From Promethearchaeota archaeon (GTDB lineage Archaea; Asgardarchaeota; Lokiarchaeia; Sigyniarchaeales; SOKP01), in contig JAHLWS010000068.1 of NCBI GenBank assembly GCA_019057795.1, positions 1-64,000 on the forward strand: DNA of 64,000 nt, in the 5' to 3' direction. Positions 8,639 through 18,756 of this stretch are shown here, one piece after another. The first letter of the stretch is position 1. Each line of letters starts with the position of its first letter. Under the pieces are notes generated by a model, which worked only from the letters and a program-made list of their open reading frames with translations, did no database searches and had not been told where the DNA came from. The position numbers were made by a program, and so were the translations under genes.

Positions 8639-9588
8639 GTAAAAATGAGATAATAAATAACCGTGCAGAAATAGCATTTTTTTATGATGTTAGAGATAAT
8701 AATCCTAATGGAGACCCTTTGGCAGAAAACAAACCAAGGATGGATGAAGAGACGGGAATAGGTATCGTAACTGATGTTCGACTTAAAAGAACTATTAGAG
8801 ATTATTTAAGGGATTATGAAAATCAAATAATTTTAATAGACGATTTTGAAAAAGACGATAATACTATTAAAATGGCTAGAGAAAGAGCTGAGGATTTTAT
8901 AAAAAAAAATAAAGATTCCAAACCATTAGATCTTTTAATAGAGAATTGCATTGATGTTAGATTATTTGGATGTGCTATTCCTTTGGGAGAAAAAAAGAAA
9001 TCGATCCAATTAACTGGACCTGTTCAATTTAATTATGGCAGGTCAGTTCATAAAATCGAGCCAATCCTCCTTCAAGGGACTGGAGCTTTTGCAAGTAGAC
9101 CAGGTATGAGACAACGTACATTTAGAAATGATTATATAATACATTACGGATTATATAGATTCTATGGTATAATCAATGAGAAATTAGGAGAAATAGCGAG
9201 ATTAACTGAATCAGACATTAAATTATTGATCAAAGCTCTTTGGAAAGGAACTGAAAGATTACAATCGAGATCAAAAATAGGACATTCTCCCCGATTGCTA
9301 GTTAAACTAGAATATAATGAACCCGAATTTTTTATCGGACAAATCGACAAATTAATTATCACTTCTAAAATAGATCCATCAATAGACGACTTAGCACTCC
9401 GAGATATTTCTGAATTTATTTTTGATATAGAGCCATTAGAGCAAAGAATAAAATCTAACATAGATAAAATAAAATGTGTATCTCTTAAGGCAGATCCAAG
9501 CTTAAAATTCAAGGATGATAAGAAAATAATAGATATTATGAATAAATGGAAAGATGAGAAAATTCCTATTGAGGATTTGAATTTTTAA
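8635..9588 (+). CDS. cas7: Type I-B Cas7 (Csh2)
   Basis: NPNGDP..PRMD, TDVRLKRTIRDY, DVRLFG, TGPVQF, SRSK. Confidence 0.97.
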   Translation: MSKNEIINNRAEIAFFYDVRDNNPNGDPLAENKPRMDEETGIGIVTDVRLKRTIRDYLRDYENQIILIDDFEKDDNTIKMARERAEDFIKKNKDSKPLDLLIENCIDVRLFGCAIPLGEKKKSIQLTGPVQFNYGRSVHKIEPILLQGTGAFASRPGMRQRTFRNDYIIHYGLYRFYGIINEKLGEIARLTESDIKLLIKALWKGTERLQSRSKIGHSPRLLVKLEYNEPEFFIGQIDKLIITSKIDPSIDDLALRDISEFIFDIEPLEQRIKSNIDKIKCVSLKADPSLKFKDDKKIIDIMNKWKDEKIPIEDLNF

Positions 9589-9600
9589 GGTATTTTTATA

Positions 9601-10410
9601 ATGGATGAATGTTTAACTTTTGATATTTCGGGAGATTTTGGATACTTTAAGAAGTTTTATACTACTTCATCTCCATTAACTTATGAAATCCCCCCAAAAA
9701 CAGCATTAACAGGGATAATAGGAGCCATTCTAGGATTATCTTATGAGCAACGATATGAATTATTTGAATGTAAATTTGGAATTAAAATTTTAAATGCAAT
9801 TAGAAAGATATATTTAGGAATTAATTGGTTAAATACTAAAGTAAGAAATACAAAAAATTTTCCTAATTCTAATAAAGATTTTCTAAATAGTCTACACTTA
9901 CCTCCTAAACCAAATATTGCTGTGTTTCTAGGAATGGAATGGTTAGGTCAATCACCCCATACTCAAGCAAAGTTAGAATTGCTAAAAGAACCAAAATACC
10001 GAATTTATTATCCAAATACGAACATTTTTTTTAATAAACTTCTAGAAAAAATTAAGGCTCATAAAAGCTATTTTACACCATTTTTAGGAGCAAGTGAATT
10101 TATTTGTAATTTTAAATTTAATGAACTTTTATATTTTACTAAAATTGAGAATAATTCCTCAGAAATCGAAATTAGTACAATTGTTCCAACAAATTTATTA
10201 AACCTTGAAAGCTCCAATCCAATTAATTTTATACATTCAAATTTATACAAAATAAATACTCCTTATATAATGAAAAACCCCCGAATTATACAAGATTATC
10301 AAGATATTCTATATAATCCCTTTGGGAAATCAATTAAGGTTGTTGTGAAAGAATATTATGAATTAAGAGCTAAAAATAATAAAAAAATTGAGAATGTTGT
10401 TTTCTTCTAA
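9601..10410 (+). CDS. cas5: Type I-B Cas5
   Basis: GDFGYFKKFYT..SPLTYEIPPKTALTGIIGAILG, PFLG. Confidence 0.96.
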   Translation: MDECLTFDISGDFGYFKKFYTTSSPLTYEIPPKTALTGIIGAILGLSYEQRYELFECKFGIKILNAIRKIYLGINWLNTKVRNTKNFPNSNKDFLNSLHLPPKPNIAVFLGMEWLGQSPHTQAKLELLKEPKYRIYYPNTNIFFNKLLEKIKAHKSYFTPFLGASEFICNFKFNELLYFTKIENNSSEIEISTIVPTNLLNLESSNPINFIHSNLYKINTPYIMKNPRIIQDYQDILYNPFGKSIKVVVKEYYELRAKNNKKIENVVFF

Positions 10411-13003
10411 TTTGTATAAAATAGAATCTCATCCAAATAAACCATTGAAAAAACATCTTCTAAATGTTATTAAAAGCTCTTTAAAATCTCTTTCATCTAT
10501 TTTAGAAAACAGTAATTTAAGCGATTATGAAGATTTTTTAAAAGATTATCTAATAATTATCGGATATTCCCATGATTTAGGAAAATCTACAGTTTATTTT
10601 CAAAATAAGTTATATTCTGAAAAGAGTATTAGGACAAGAGAAAGTTCTCATTCCCTTATTTCTTCTTTATTTACTTTAGTATTACTAAAAAATTATTTTG
10701 ATAATTATTCAAATCATAATAAAATAAAAGAATTTAAAGAGTTATTTATAATAGCAGGTTTTTCAATTGTTAAAAATCATCATTCTAATCTTAAGAATCT
10801 TTCTTTTCAGTTAGGAGAATTAACATCAAAATATAAAAATCAAGAATATTTAATGAAACAATTGAGCTCTTTAAAAAAAAATTATGATTACTTAGAAAAT
10901 CTTTATCATATTATAATAAAAGACAATATTAACATATTAAAATGTTTAACATTCAAAAATGTTTTTGAAATTGTTGAAGCAATAGTAGAGAAAATGGTTA
11001 ATGGTAAATCTGAAAATATATCAACAAGAACTATTTATCCAGAGATATCGTCTGGGTTTAATATTTTCAAAAGTAAAAAGAACAATGATGATTTGGAAAA
11101 TAAGATCTTTTTATATATTCTAATTAAATTAATCAATTCTATTTTTTTAGAAGCAGACAAAATGGATGCTGCTTTTGATGGAACAAAAGAATTGCAATAT
11201 GAAATATTAAAAGAATTACCGAAAAGAATTCACCAAAGAATTGATAATCTCAGAAATAATACATTAGACAAAGAAAACCACATTTTTATTGACCGAAATA
11301 AAATATTTGAAGAATCTAAAAGTAATTTGATAAAGTATCTTAAAGAAGAAAATAGTTCTAAAGTTTTGACTTTTAATGCTCCAACTGGATTTGGTAAAAC
11401 ACTTTCTGTTATTAATTGTGTATCCGAATTAATCAATTTCTTAAATAAAGGATCAAATAAAGGAGTTATTAATCAAAAGAAATTGATTTTTAACAAAATA
11501 ATATACTGTTTACCATTTTTGAGCATAACAGATCAAATTTTTAATGAATTTCAAAAAATATTAATACTTGAATCTAACAAACCCTCAGAATTAGTAATTT
11601 GTCATAATCACAGAACTGAGATGAATTATTACAATATTAATGAAGAGCAATTTGCAGGATTAGATGCTCGATTGTTAATTGAGGGATGGAATTCTAATAT
11701 TATTGTAACGACATTTCATCAATTATTTTATTCCTTGTTTTTCAATATTAATATGTTAAACATAAAATTCCATAAAATAATTAATAGTGTTGTTATTTTA
11801 GATGAGATTCAGAGCTTTCCTTTAAAATATTGGATATTAATAAGAGAAGTATTTCAGACTTTAATAAAAAACTTTAATGTTAAAATTATTCTAGTTTCAG
11901 CAACATTACCAATGATTTTTAATGAAAAATCTTCTTTTGAACTTGTGAAAGATAAAGAACAATACTTTAATAGTTTAGACCGTATAAACATACTTATTCA
12001 AAAAAGATTTCATTATGAACTGATTGACCTTTTAGATTTTTTCATTCATTATTTAAAAAATCATCCTGAAGAAAAAAAAATTTTATGTGTTTTCAATACA
12101 AGAAAGTCAGCAAGACAATTTTTTCATGCTCTTAATAGAAAAATAGAAAATCGACAAAATTTTTATCTTTTTTTTCTTTCAAGTGATGTGCTTATTAAGG
12201 ATAGGCAAGAAAGGATAAAAATTATAAAAGAATATCTTTCAGAGCGAAATTTAAAAAAGAAATTAATTTTAATTAGTACTCAAGTTATTGAAGCAGGGAT
12301 AGATTTAGATTTTAATGTAGTTTTTCGAGATTTTGCCCCATTAGATTCTTTAATTCAAGTAGCAGGCAGGTGCAATCGTAATAATAGTTTAAAAAAGAAA
12401 GGAGAATTTTATATATTTAGATTATTTGACATTGAAAATGAAAATTATTTTTCAGATTATATTTACGACCTTACTCTTTTAGAAATAACTAAGAAGATAA
12501 TATTCAAATTTAATAATAACTCCGAATTGAATTCCAAATTTCTTAAACTATCAGAAAATGCGTGGTTTGAAATGTCTAAAGAATATTTTCAAAAGATTCA
12601 AAAAGAAAAATACTCTACTCCAGATTATTCTTTGAGAATTCTTAATGAAATATATAAGTTTAATTTTTTTGACATTTCAAAAAAGTTTAAATTAATCGAA
12701 GATTTTTCAAACTTTCAATTCTATTTAAATATTAATGAAGAATCAAATAATATTTGGAAAAAATTCCTTGATTTAAAAAATGAGAGAGATTTAACAAAGC
12801 GGTATTCAAAATACATAAATCTAAAATCAGATCTAGAATCTTATATTCTTAATTATAATGCTAATAGGACAGAAACTAAAAATATTACAGATTTTATGCT
12901 TAAATATAAACTTAATACTTCTAAAAGAAATTTTATTTATATTCCAAGAGAATTAATAGAATTAATATATGATATATGTGGTTTGAATTTTGAACGGTTT
13001 TAA
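10388..13003 (+). CDS. cas3: Cas3 HD nuclease-helicase
   Basis: HDLGK, HH, ADKMDA; APTGFGKT, DEIQ, SAT, QVAGRCNR. Confidence 0.97.
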   Translation: MRMLFSSNLYKIESHPNKPLKKHLLNVIKSSLKSLSSILENSNLSDYEDFLKDYLIIIGYSHDLGKSTVYFQNKLYSEKSIRTRESSHSLISSLFTLVLLKNYFDNYSNHNKIKEFKELFIIAGFSIVKNHHSNLKNLSFQLGELTSKYKNQEYLMKQLSSLKKNYDYLENLYHIIIKDNINILKCLTFKNVFEIVEAIVEKMVNGKSENISTRTIYPEISSGFNIFKSKKNNDDLENKIFLYILIKLINSIFLEADKMDAAFDGTKELQYEILKELPKRIHQRIDNLRNNTLDKENHIFIDRNKIFEESKSNLIKYLKEENSSKVLTFNAPTGFGKTLSVINCVSELINFLNKGSNKGVINQKKLIFNKIIYCLPFLSITDQIFNEFQKILILESNKPSELVICHNHRTEMNYYNINEEQFAGLDARLLIEGWNSNIIVTTFHQLFYSLFFNINMLNIKFHKIINSVVILDEIQSFPLKYWILIREVFQTLIKNFNVKIILVSATLPMIFNEKSSFELVKDKEQYFNSLDRINILIQKRFHYELIDLLDFFIHYLKNHPEEKKILCVFNTRKSARQFFHALNRKIENRQNFYLFFLSSDVLIKDRQERIKIIKEYLSERNLKKKLILISTQVIEAGIDLDFNVVFRDFAPLDSLIQVAGRCNRNNSLKKKGEFYIFRLFDIENENYFSDYIYDLTLLEITKKIIFKFNNNSELNSKFLKLSENAWFEMSKEYFQKIQKEKYSTPDYSLRILNEIYKFNFFDISKKFKLIEDFSNFQFYLNINEESNNIWKKFLDLKNERDLTKRYSKYINLKSDLESYILNYNANRTETKNITDFMLKYKLNTSKRNFIYIPRELIELIYDICGLNFERF

Positions 13004-13022
13004 AAAATTAATTAAGTAAATT

Positions 13023-13886
13023 ATGCTTAAATTAACATTTGAGTTATATCCGGAAGACGGAAGAATCAAGCCTTATGGTCATCCTTATGGTTATATTTTC
13101 CGTGGTGTTATAATGAAGTGGTTAAGTGATATTAAGCCAGAATTAGTTCATAAGCTTCACGAATTCGAGGAAATCCGGCCATATTCCATTAATTATATCA
13201 TCCATAAAAAGGTTCCTAAGCTTGACTTTATCATCGTTTCTTACGATGATGAGATACAAGATGCATTATTTCAAGATTTAATCACTTCTGAAAAAAATAT
13301 AATACATATTGGTCAAAAGGATTACTATATTTCCCAAGTGAGATTTGAGCGTATTAATATTCGAGATCTAATCGATCAATCAAATCCTGTAAAGTCATTT
13401 AACCTTAATTTTATACGCCCCATATATTTTAACACGAGTAAGGGGGATTATCCAGTGAGATTCCCTATTCCTATCCTTTTATTCGGTAATTTGGCGAAAT
13501 TATGGAACGAAACTGCGAAAAATACCTCTGAAATTGACCGAGAAAATTTTTTAAATTGGGTTAATGTTCATGTGTATGTTAGTGGTTATAAAATGAAGTC
13601 AGTTCGCACCGAAATAGGCAAGCCAAAACCTGTGGTAGGAGGTTTAGGAAATGTAAGTTATAGAGTTGTGAAAATAAACAAACATTATTATAAACATATG
13701 TTAAAAGAAATGAATCGTGAATATGATTACAAATTCGTTAACGATGATTATTCGGGTAATTGTCGCTGGTTAGAGATTTTGTGTAAGCTTGGTGAATATA
13801 CGAATGTTGGTGCTAATCGGACGGCGGGAATGGGAGTAATTCATTATTATCCAGGAAATTATTTAACGGAAAAAAACCTGTTATAG
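13023..13886 (+). CDS. cas6: Cas6 endoribonuclease
   Basis: KLHE..RPYS, FP.P..LF..L..W and the G-rich loop GEYTNVGANRTAGMG. Confidence 0.93.
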   Translation: MLKLTFELYPEDGRIKPYGHPYGYIFRGVIMKWLSDIKPELVHKLHEFEEIRPYSINYIIHKKVPKLDFIIVSYDDEIQDALFQDLITSEKNIIHIGQKDYYISQVRFERINIRDLIDQSNPVKSFNLNFIRPIYFNTSKGDYPVRFPIPILLFGNLAKLWNETAKNTSEIDRENFLNWVNVHVYVSGYKMKSVRTEIGKPKPVVGGLGNVSYRVVKINKHYYKHMLKEMNREYDYKFVNDDYSGNCRWLEILCKLGEYTNVGANRTAGMGVIHYYPGNYLTEKNLL

Positions 13887-14212
13887 AGATAAATATCAAG
13901 TTTTTTGTCTCTAAATATTTCTCATCTCCTAATTATTTGTTCAAATTCTATTTTTAATTTTTATTTTTAATATTGGGCATTGATTTTTATTTATCGTTAT
14001 CTTTATCATTAAAGGTATCTATACAAAGTTTAAGGATGAAATTTTCTAAGAAAACTCACTTATCTTAATTAAGAAAAAGTTTTAGGAAAAATATATCAAC
14101 AGAAGAGAATGTTAATTTTTAGATTTATCTAAATTAAAAACAGGTTACTATAATAAAAATAGTAATTTAAATATAAGAAATTATTTTGTATTAGTTTTAT
14201 CATAAAAATTTT

Positions 14213-15838
14213 GGCTAATTTTACAAAAGTAGGATCAATTATAAATTAGCCCTTTTTTTCATTATCTACATTGATATCACCCAATTTTGTATGTTTGGTA
14301 ATTCTAAAACTTTTAAATTGTTCATGTAAAAACTCCCGCGTACATTTCTACTTATTTGGATCTCTTCTAATATTTCGGGCCGATTTTGGACTATTTCAGT
14401 CGCACGAATCCTTCTCTCCACGGATTTAACGGTTTTCGGACCTCTGAGCCTCATCTTCGAATGGAGGATAGAGTTTTTATTCTCGGAAAGATTATATTGA
14501 ATGCTCAGTAGAGCAAAGAGATTAAGTACTTCTGTCAGCGCCGTTGCGAGCGAGGCTCGCAGATTCTTACTTATCTTTACCGTTTTCCTATACGGGTCTA
14601 CTTTTGCGTAAAACCTTTTTCCCTTGTCAAACACTTTAAATACGCCCCCTCTTACCCTGCTTCTTTTTCGTTTTTGGAGGGTTTTTTTTGCGCTTGTTGT
14701 TCGAACCCTTTGGTCTGCCCTTTTTCTTTGAAGGTGGAGGATTTAAAGGAGCTCTCGTTGTCATGTAGTAGCCCTCGCGCTTGGCACGCTTCTTGGTAAT
14801 GTCTGTTTTCACGCCAATTTCAGTGGTTATTCTTTCCGTGTCGGTATATTCGTGTAGCTTTATGACGGCTTTACCGAAGGGTTTTTTATGCTTATGGATA
14901 ACATGGATGATTTCTCTACCCAAATTTTTGACCATCGCAATGGTACTACCCCAAGCGTCCGATGTTACGATTGCAATTGGGTACTTAGTATTCCGTTCTG
15001 CCTCGTCAAACACTTCGCGCATGTCTTTTTCTTTCCTCGTTGGCGAGACTTTTATACCGAGCGTCTTGCGGGACTCATATCCCGTGGCAACGATAATGTA
15101 GATGGGCTTACCTTCAATCTCCAAGAATGTCTCGTCAATGGCAATGGCTCTATCTGGCTGAGGTATATTCACGAGGGAGTCCAGCGTTTGATGCTTCTCA
15201 ATTGCCGTCTCAATCTCAGTCCTAAGAACAGAAATCTGAGACGGTGATACGCCATATTTTTTGGCAATTGTCTTGTTTTTCGCCCCGTCCTTCAGCAAGT
15301 CGTAATATAACTGCTTAAGTTTGGAATTGATTAATTTCTTATACTCGAAAGATGTAGTTACAATAAATTGTCTTCCTTTTTTGCGTTTTCTTTTACTTCT
15401 TTCTTTTAAGCATGCTGGATTTTTACAGATAAAGCATTCAACCCTATTACTACCGCTTTTTTTAGTTCCATTGGTCCCGATCATCGAGCTACCACAATCA
15501 GGACACTTAATTTTTATTTTGAAGAGCGGGATTTGAAGGCCATTCACCATTACGGCAAAAATGGTTCGCCAAATTATTTCTAAATTTTTGAAATTTCTTT
15601 CAGTCATGAAGAATAATTATTATTTAAAAGATAAATGAGTTTTGATGAGAAATCAAATGTTTTAAGATAATTTGAATAAATGATTAAATGCGTTCTTATA
15701 GTCGGCAAAAATCTATAATTTGCAGAAATATAATGTCGTGCAAAAGTGGTAGAAGATCAAAGAAAAGTAGTAAAATGGCTTAATTTACGAAACTAGATGA
15801 ATCAGTTTATAATTGATCCTTCTTTTGTAAAATTAGCC
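14213..15838 (-). mobile_element. Insertion sequence (IS6-like, DDE) with 33-bp terminal inverted repeats
   Basis: GGCTAATTTTACAAAAG(T/A)AGGATCAATTATAAA at 14213-14245 and inverted at 15806-15838 (1 mismatch); no flanking target duplication seen. Confidence 0.9.
14266..15607 (-). pseudogene. DDE transposase split by a frameshift (ORFs 14636-15607 and 14266-14634)
   Basis: Zn ribbon CPDCG, HTH, AIDETF and TSDAW in ORF1; NLSE.KNS in ORF2. Removing one G from AGGGGGC (near 14645) joins them as KRGVFKVFDKG. Confidence 0.8.
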
Positions 15839-15842
15839 GAAA

Positions 15843-16652
15843 TTACTAAATTATTATCGTAATTTTTTATTTAAATCCTAATTACGATGCTATTATTTTA
15901 TTAGGAAAAATTTTAAATTCAAAAACATGGCTCCTAATTTTGGATTTAAACTTAGGCAGTTAATTAATCAATTTTTTTCAAAGTTTCTTTTTTAATATTT
16001 TCCAATTTCGTAGAAAAGTCTTGTTTCTTTATATGTTGAGATAGCTCTCTCATTAATAGTACTTTATTAGTTTTTACTGATGATTTAGCATTTTCTATCC
16101 TTTGGGTAAAATTAGTTATTGCTTTTTTTTTATCTTTTATTGGAAGTTCTTTGATAAATGCTCCCGATAAATCCTTAATTAATTTATCTTTAATAGGATC
16201 TGACCAACCATATTTAGATCTTATAAAATTACACTGAATAAATTTCTCTTTATTTAATTCAAAATAAGGACAACTACGGCAATATAGATCTTGTAAGTAT
16301 AAAGATGTTTTTGGACATAAAACTAAATCTATTTCTATCTTATCAGGTCTAATCGCTATCTTCTTAACTTTCATTTAATCAGGATTTCATAATTACCTTA
16401 CAAAGAGTATTTGAGTTTAAAAACGAATTATCTTAAATAAATAGATAAATTCATCAATTAATTGATAAAAATTGAGTATTATAAACTTATTTAATTCGAT
16501 TTTCTTGATAAGAGACCTTGTTTATACTTGGATTCGAAAATATTTTATGCTTGTATGAAGCCCACAAACCATTAAAAGAATTGGACTTCTTGCATATATT
16601 CATCTTTTCTAATTTGGAAAGTTACTAAATTATTATCGTAATTTTTTATTTA
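15843..16652 (+). repeat. 31-bp direct repeat pair (15843-15873 and 16622-16652)
   Basis: TTACTAAATTATTATCGTAATTTTTTATTTA is identical in both copies; similarity continues to CGATGCT. Confidence 0.9.
15964..16374 (-). CDS. Hypothetical protein with Cys cluster
   Basis: CP..CRSCPYF..C motif; 136 aa. Confidence 0.7.
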   Translation of the reverse strand: MKVKKIAIRPDKIEIDLVLCPKTSLYLQDLYCRSCPYFELNKEKFIQCNFIRSKYGWSDPIKDKLIKDLSGAFIKELPIKDKKKAITNFTQRIENAKSSVKTNKVLLMRELSQHIKKQDFSTKLENIKKETLKKID

Positions 16653-16678
16653 TATACTTTCGATGCTTTGTTGTTTTA

Positions 16679-17380
16679 ATGATTACTCAAGAAACAATAG
16701 GTCAGATCGAAACCTTAAGAAAACAAGAATTAACTTACGACCTGCCATTCGCCAAAGCGTTTGATTCGATCGTAAAAGAATTAAAGTTGCACGAGATGGT
16801 CGAATATAAGAAAGAGTGCCAAGATTTACTCTATCGAGTTCACTCCCGCATCAAAATATATACGAAGTTTAGTAAAGTGCGGTTGTTAGCTCCCATTGTC
16901 GTTTACGCGGTCTTTAGGTCGAAGGGAACGACAATTAAAGCGCGTGACATTTGCCGGGCTTCAAATATTCCCTTAGCCGATTTCAAAAAAGGGTTGCTTA
17001 TCGTCAATCCAGTTTATTTAGAGTACGTTAAGCGCAACTGCGAAGTGTCTGTGTCTCAACTGATCGCTAAAATGATCGCCAAATTTAGCTTGGATTCTAC
17101 CTTTAAGGAAGTGACAAGGGAAATATTTAGAAGGTTTTTCTCGTTGTTTAAAAACACGAAAGACAACATCGCGGCGGGGTTGATTATTACGCTCTCGTTC
17201 GTGGTTCTCGACTACAAACTACCGGTTTTTTCTGAAATATTCGAAGCGCTCGGAACAGATATAACCAGAGCTCACTACCACATAGAGCGTAAAATTTTCT
17301 TGCCGAACCAACTTGGGGCCTTCAAAGGCTTCGCAAAATCAAGGGAACGGCTCAAGCAATTCTTGCTTACGAAAATTTAG
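16679..17380 (+). CDS. Cyclin-fold / TFB core-like protein without Zn ribbon
   Basis: Two helical repeats (LAPIVVYAVFR..IKARDIC and IAAGLIITLS..IFEALG) resembling TFIIB cyclin repeats. Confidence 0.6.
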   Translation: MITQETIGQIETLRKQELTYDLPFAKAFDSIVKELKLHEMVEYKKECQDLLYRVHSRIKIYTKFSKVRLLAPIVVYAVFRSKGTTIKARDICRASNIPLADFKKGLLIVNPVYLEYVKRNCEVSVSQLIAKMIAKFSLDSTFKEVTREIFRRFFSLFKNTKDNIAAGLIITLSFVVLDYKLPVFSEIFEALGTDITRAHYHIERKIFLPNQLGAFKGFAKSRERLKQFLLTKI

Positions 17381-17657
17381 TTTAGAGACGGTTTATTTTA
17401 TTTATTTTTTTTTATCTTTACTGAATTAAAGAACCTCTGGAAATTTAATTTTTCTTTAAATAAGCTCGCCGATATTTGCTATAAAAATAAGAAAAATACA
17501 AACTAATTAACAGGTAAAAGCGGTGATAAGAAGTTTATTCCCTTAAAGAAGTCCAAAAAGTAAAGAATAATAGAAATGTTGTCGTCGATATAGAATCAAA
17601 TAACAATTCTCGCTCGATAGACGATTATTTGACGGTTGGTTGCTCTTCTCCTGACAA

Positions 17658-17927
17658 TTGGGATTCCATGGTTCAAAAGCACTTAAAAAAGAGGTAGTTA
17701 CCGTGAAAAAATTGCGAAATGTCGAGTGGCAGAATTACCGGCACCCCGAATTTCTTCAATCTTTAAGTCTTAGCGTAAACGAGTTGAGATACATTAGATT
17801 ATTCTTAAAAGGCGGTGCCGCTTCTTTAGTTACCGAGATCTTGCGGGAGCGGAAAACTAAGCAGTTCAACTACCATCGAGACAACGACTTAAAAAACTAT
17901 AGCAAACTCGAGAAAATCAAAGCTTAA
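17658..17927 (+). CDS. Small hypothetical protein (start probably GTG at 17703)
   Basis: ORF with a GAGGT RBS before the GTG at 17703. Confidence 0.45.
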   Translation: MGFHGSKALKKEVVTVKKLRNVEWQNYRHPEFLQSLSLSVNELRYIRLFLKGGAASLVTEILRERKTKQFNYHRDNDLKNYSKLEKIKA

Positions 17928-18235
17928 CTCACAATTCTATTTTTGCATATTTTATCGGGAGTTAATTAATTATAAGAGTATTTGCATACTTTAATTGACA
18001 AAAAGGCTTGCATGTATCTAGGGTCGATAATGAGCTAACTTGTTAATAGATTCTCTATTTTTCCTTCGGGTCAATTCAAAACTTACAACCTGTAAGAATC
18101 GCGTTATTTGTTGAATACCTCTAATCCGGAATTTTTACTCTTTTACAATTACAATTAAATATTGGTAGATTTATTATAATATTGAAAATATAGCAGTTAA
18201 ATATTAAATGGGTTAAAAAGAGGCAATTAAATAAA

Positions 18236-18652
18236 TTGAGATATTGTCATTAATGTGGTGGCGAATTTAAAATAGAGTTTGTTTCTACTTATCCAATTAA
18301 AAAATATCAAAAAATTTTTGATAAATATTACGACGATGATGGAAACGAAGAATATGCGGATCTTATTAATAAAATGGAAAAAGATGGAATTAAAGGAGTA
18401 TCAATAAGGTATCACGAAGAGAATCATTGTTGGTACATATGTAAAGTAATCTCTCACGAAGATTGGGTTAAAAGATATAAAAAATTCACGTCTCGTAAAG
18501 AACTGAACGAAGAGAATAAGAGAAAGTGTAGAGAAAAACTTAAAAAATAATTCTCAAGAATTTTTGTTTGTTCAAAATGTGGATTTTCTACTTCAGATCA
18601 ATACTGGAAAGATGAAGAGGGAATAAGAACGACAAGTTATCGTAGTTTTTAA
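18236..18652 (+). pseudogene. Zinc-ribbon protein pseudogene with two in-frame TAA stops
   Basis: TTG start after AAGAGG; reads MRYCH*CGGEF...KLKK*FSRIFVCSKCGF...; stops at 18251 and 18548. Confidence 0.65.
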
Positions 18653-18756
18653 GAAGGCAGAATAAAGGATTCTTTCTCGTACTATTTTATTAAATACAAA
18701 TGCTAATGGTCCTATAAAAAGAAATATAAAAAGATCTTAAAGTATTACTCTCGCTT

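Noticed and set aside
4779-10410. Type VII system (beta-CASP + Cas7 + Cas5)
   Set aside because: Cas7/Cas5 are clearly I-B type with Cas8b and Cas3, and the beta-CASP protein lacks a long C-terminal extension.
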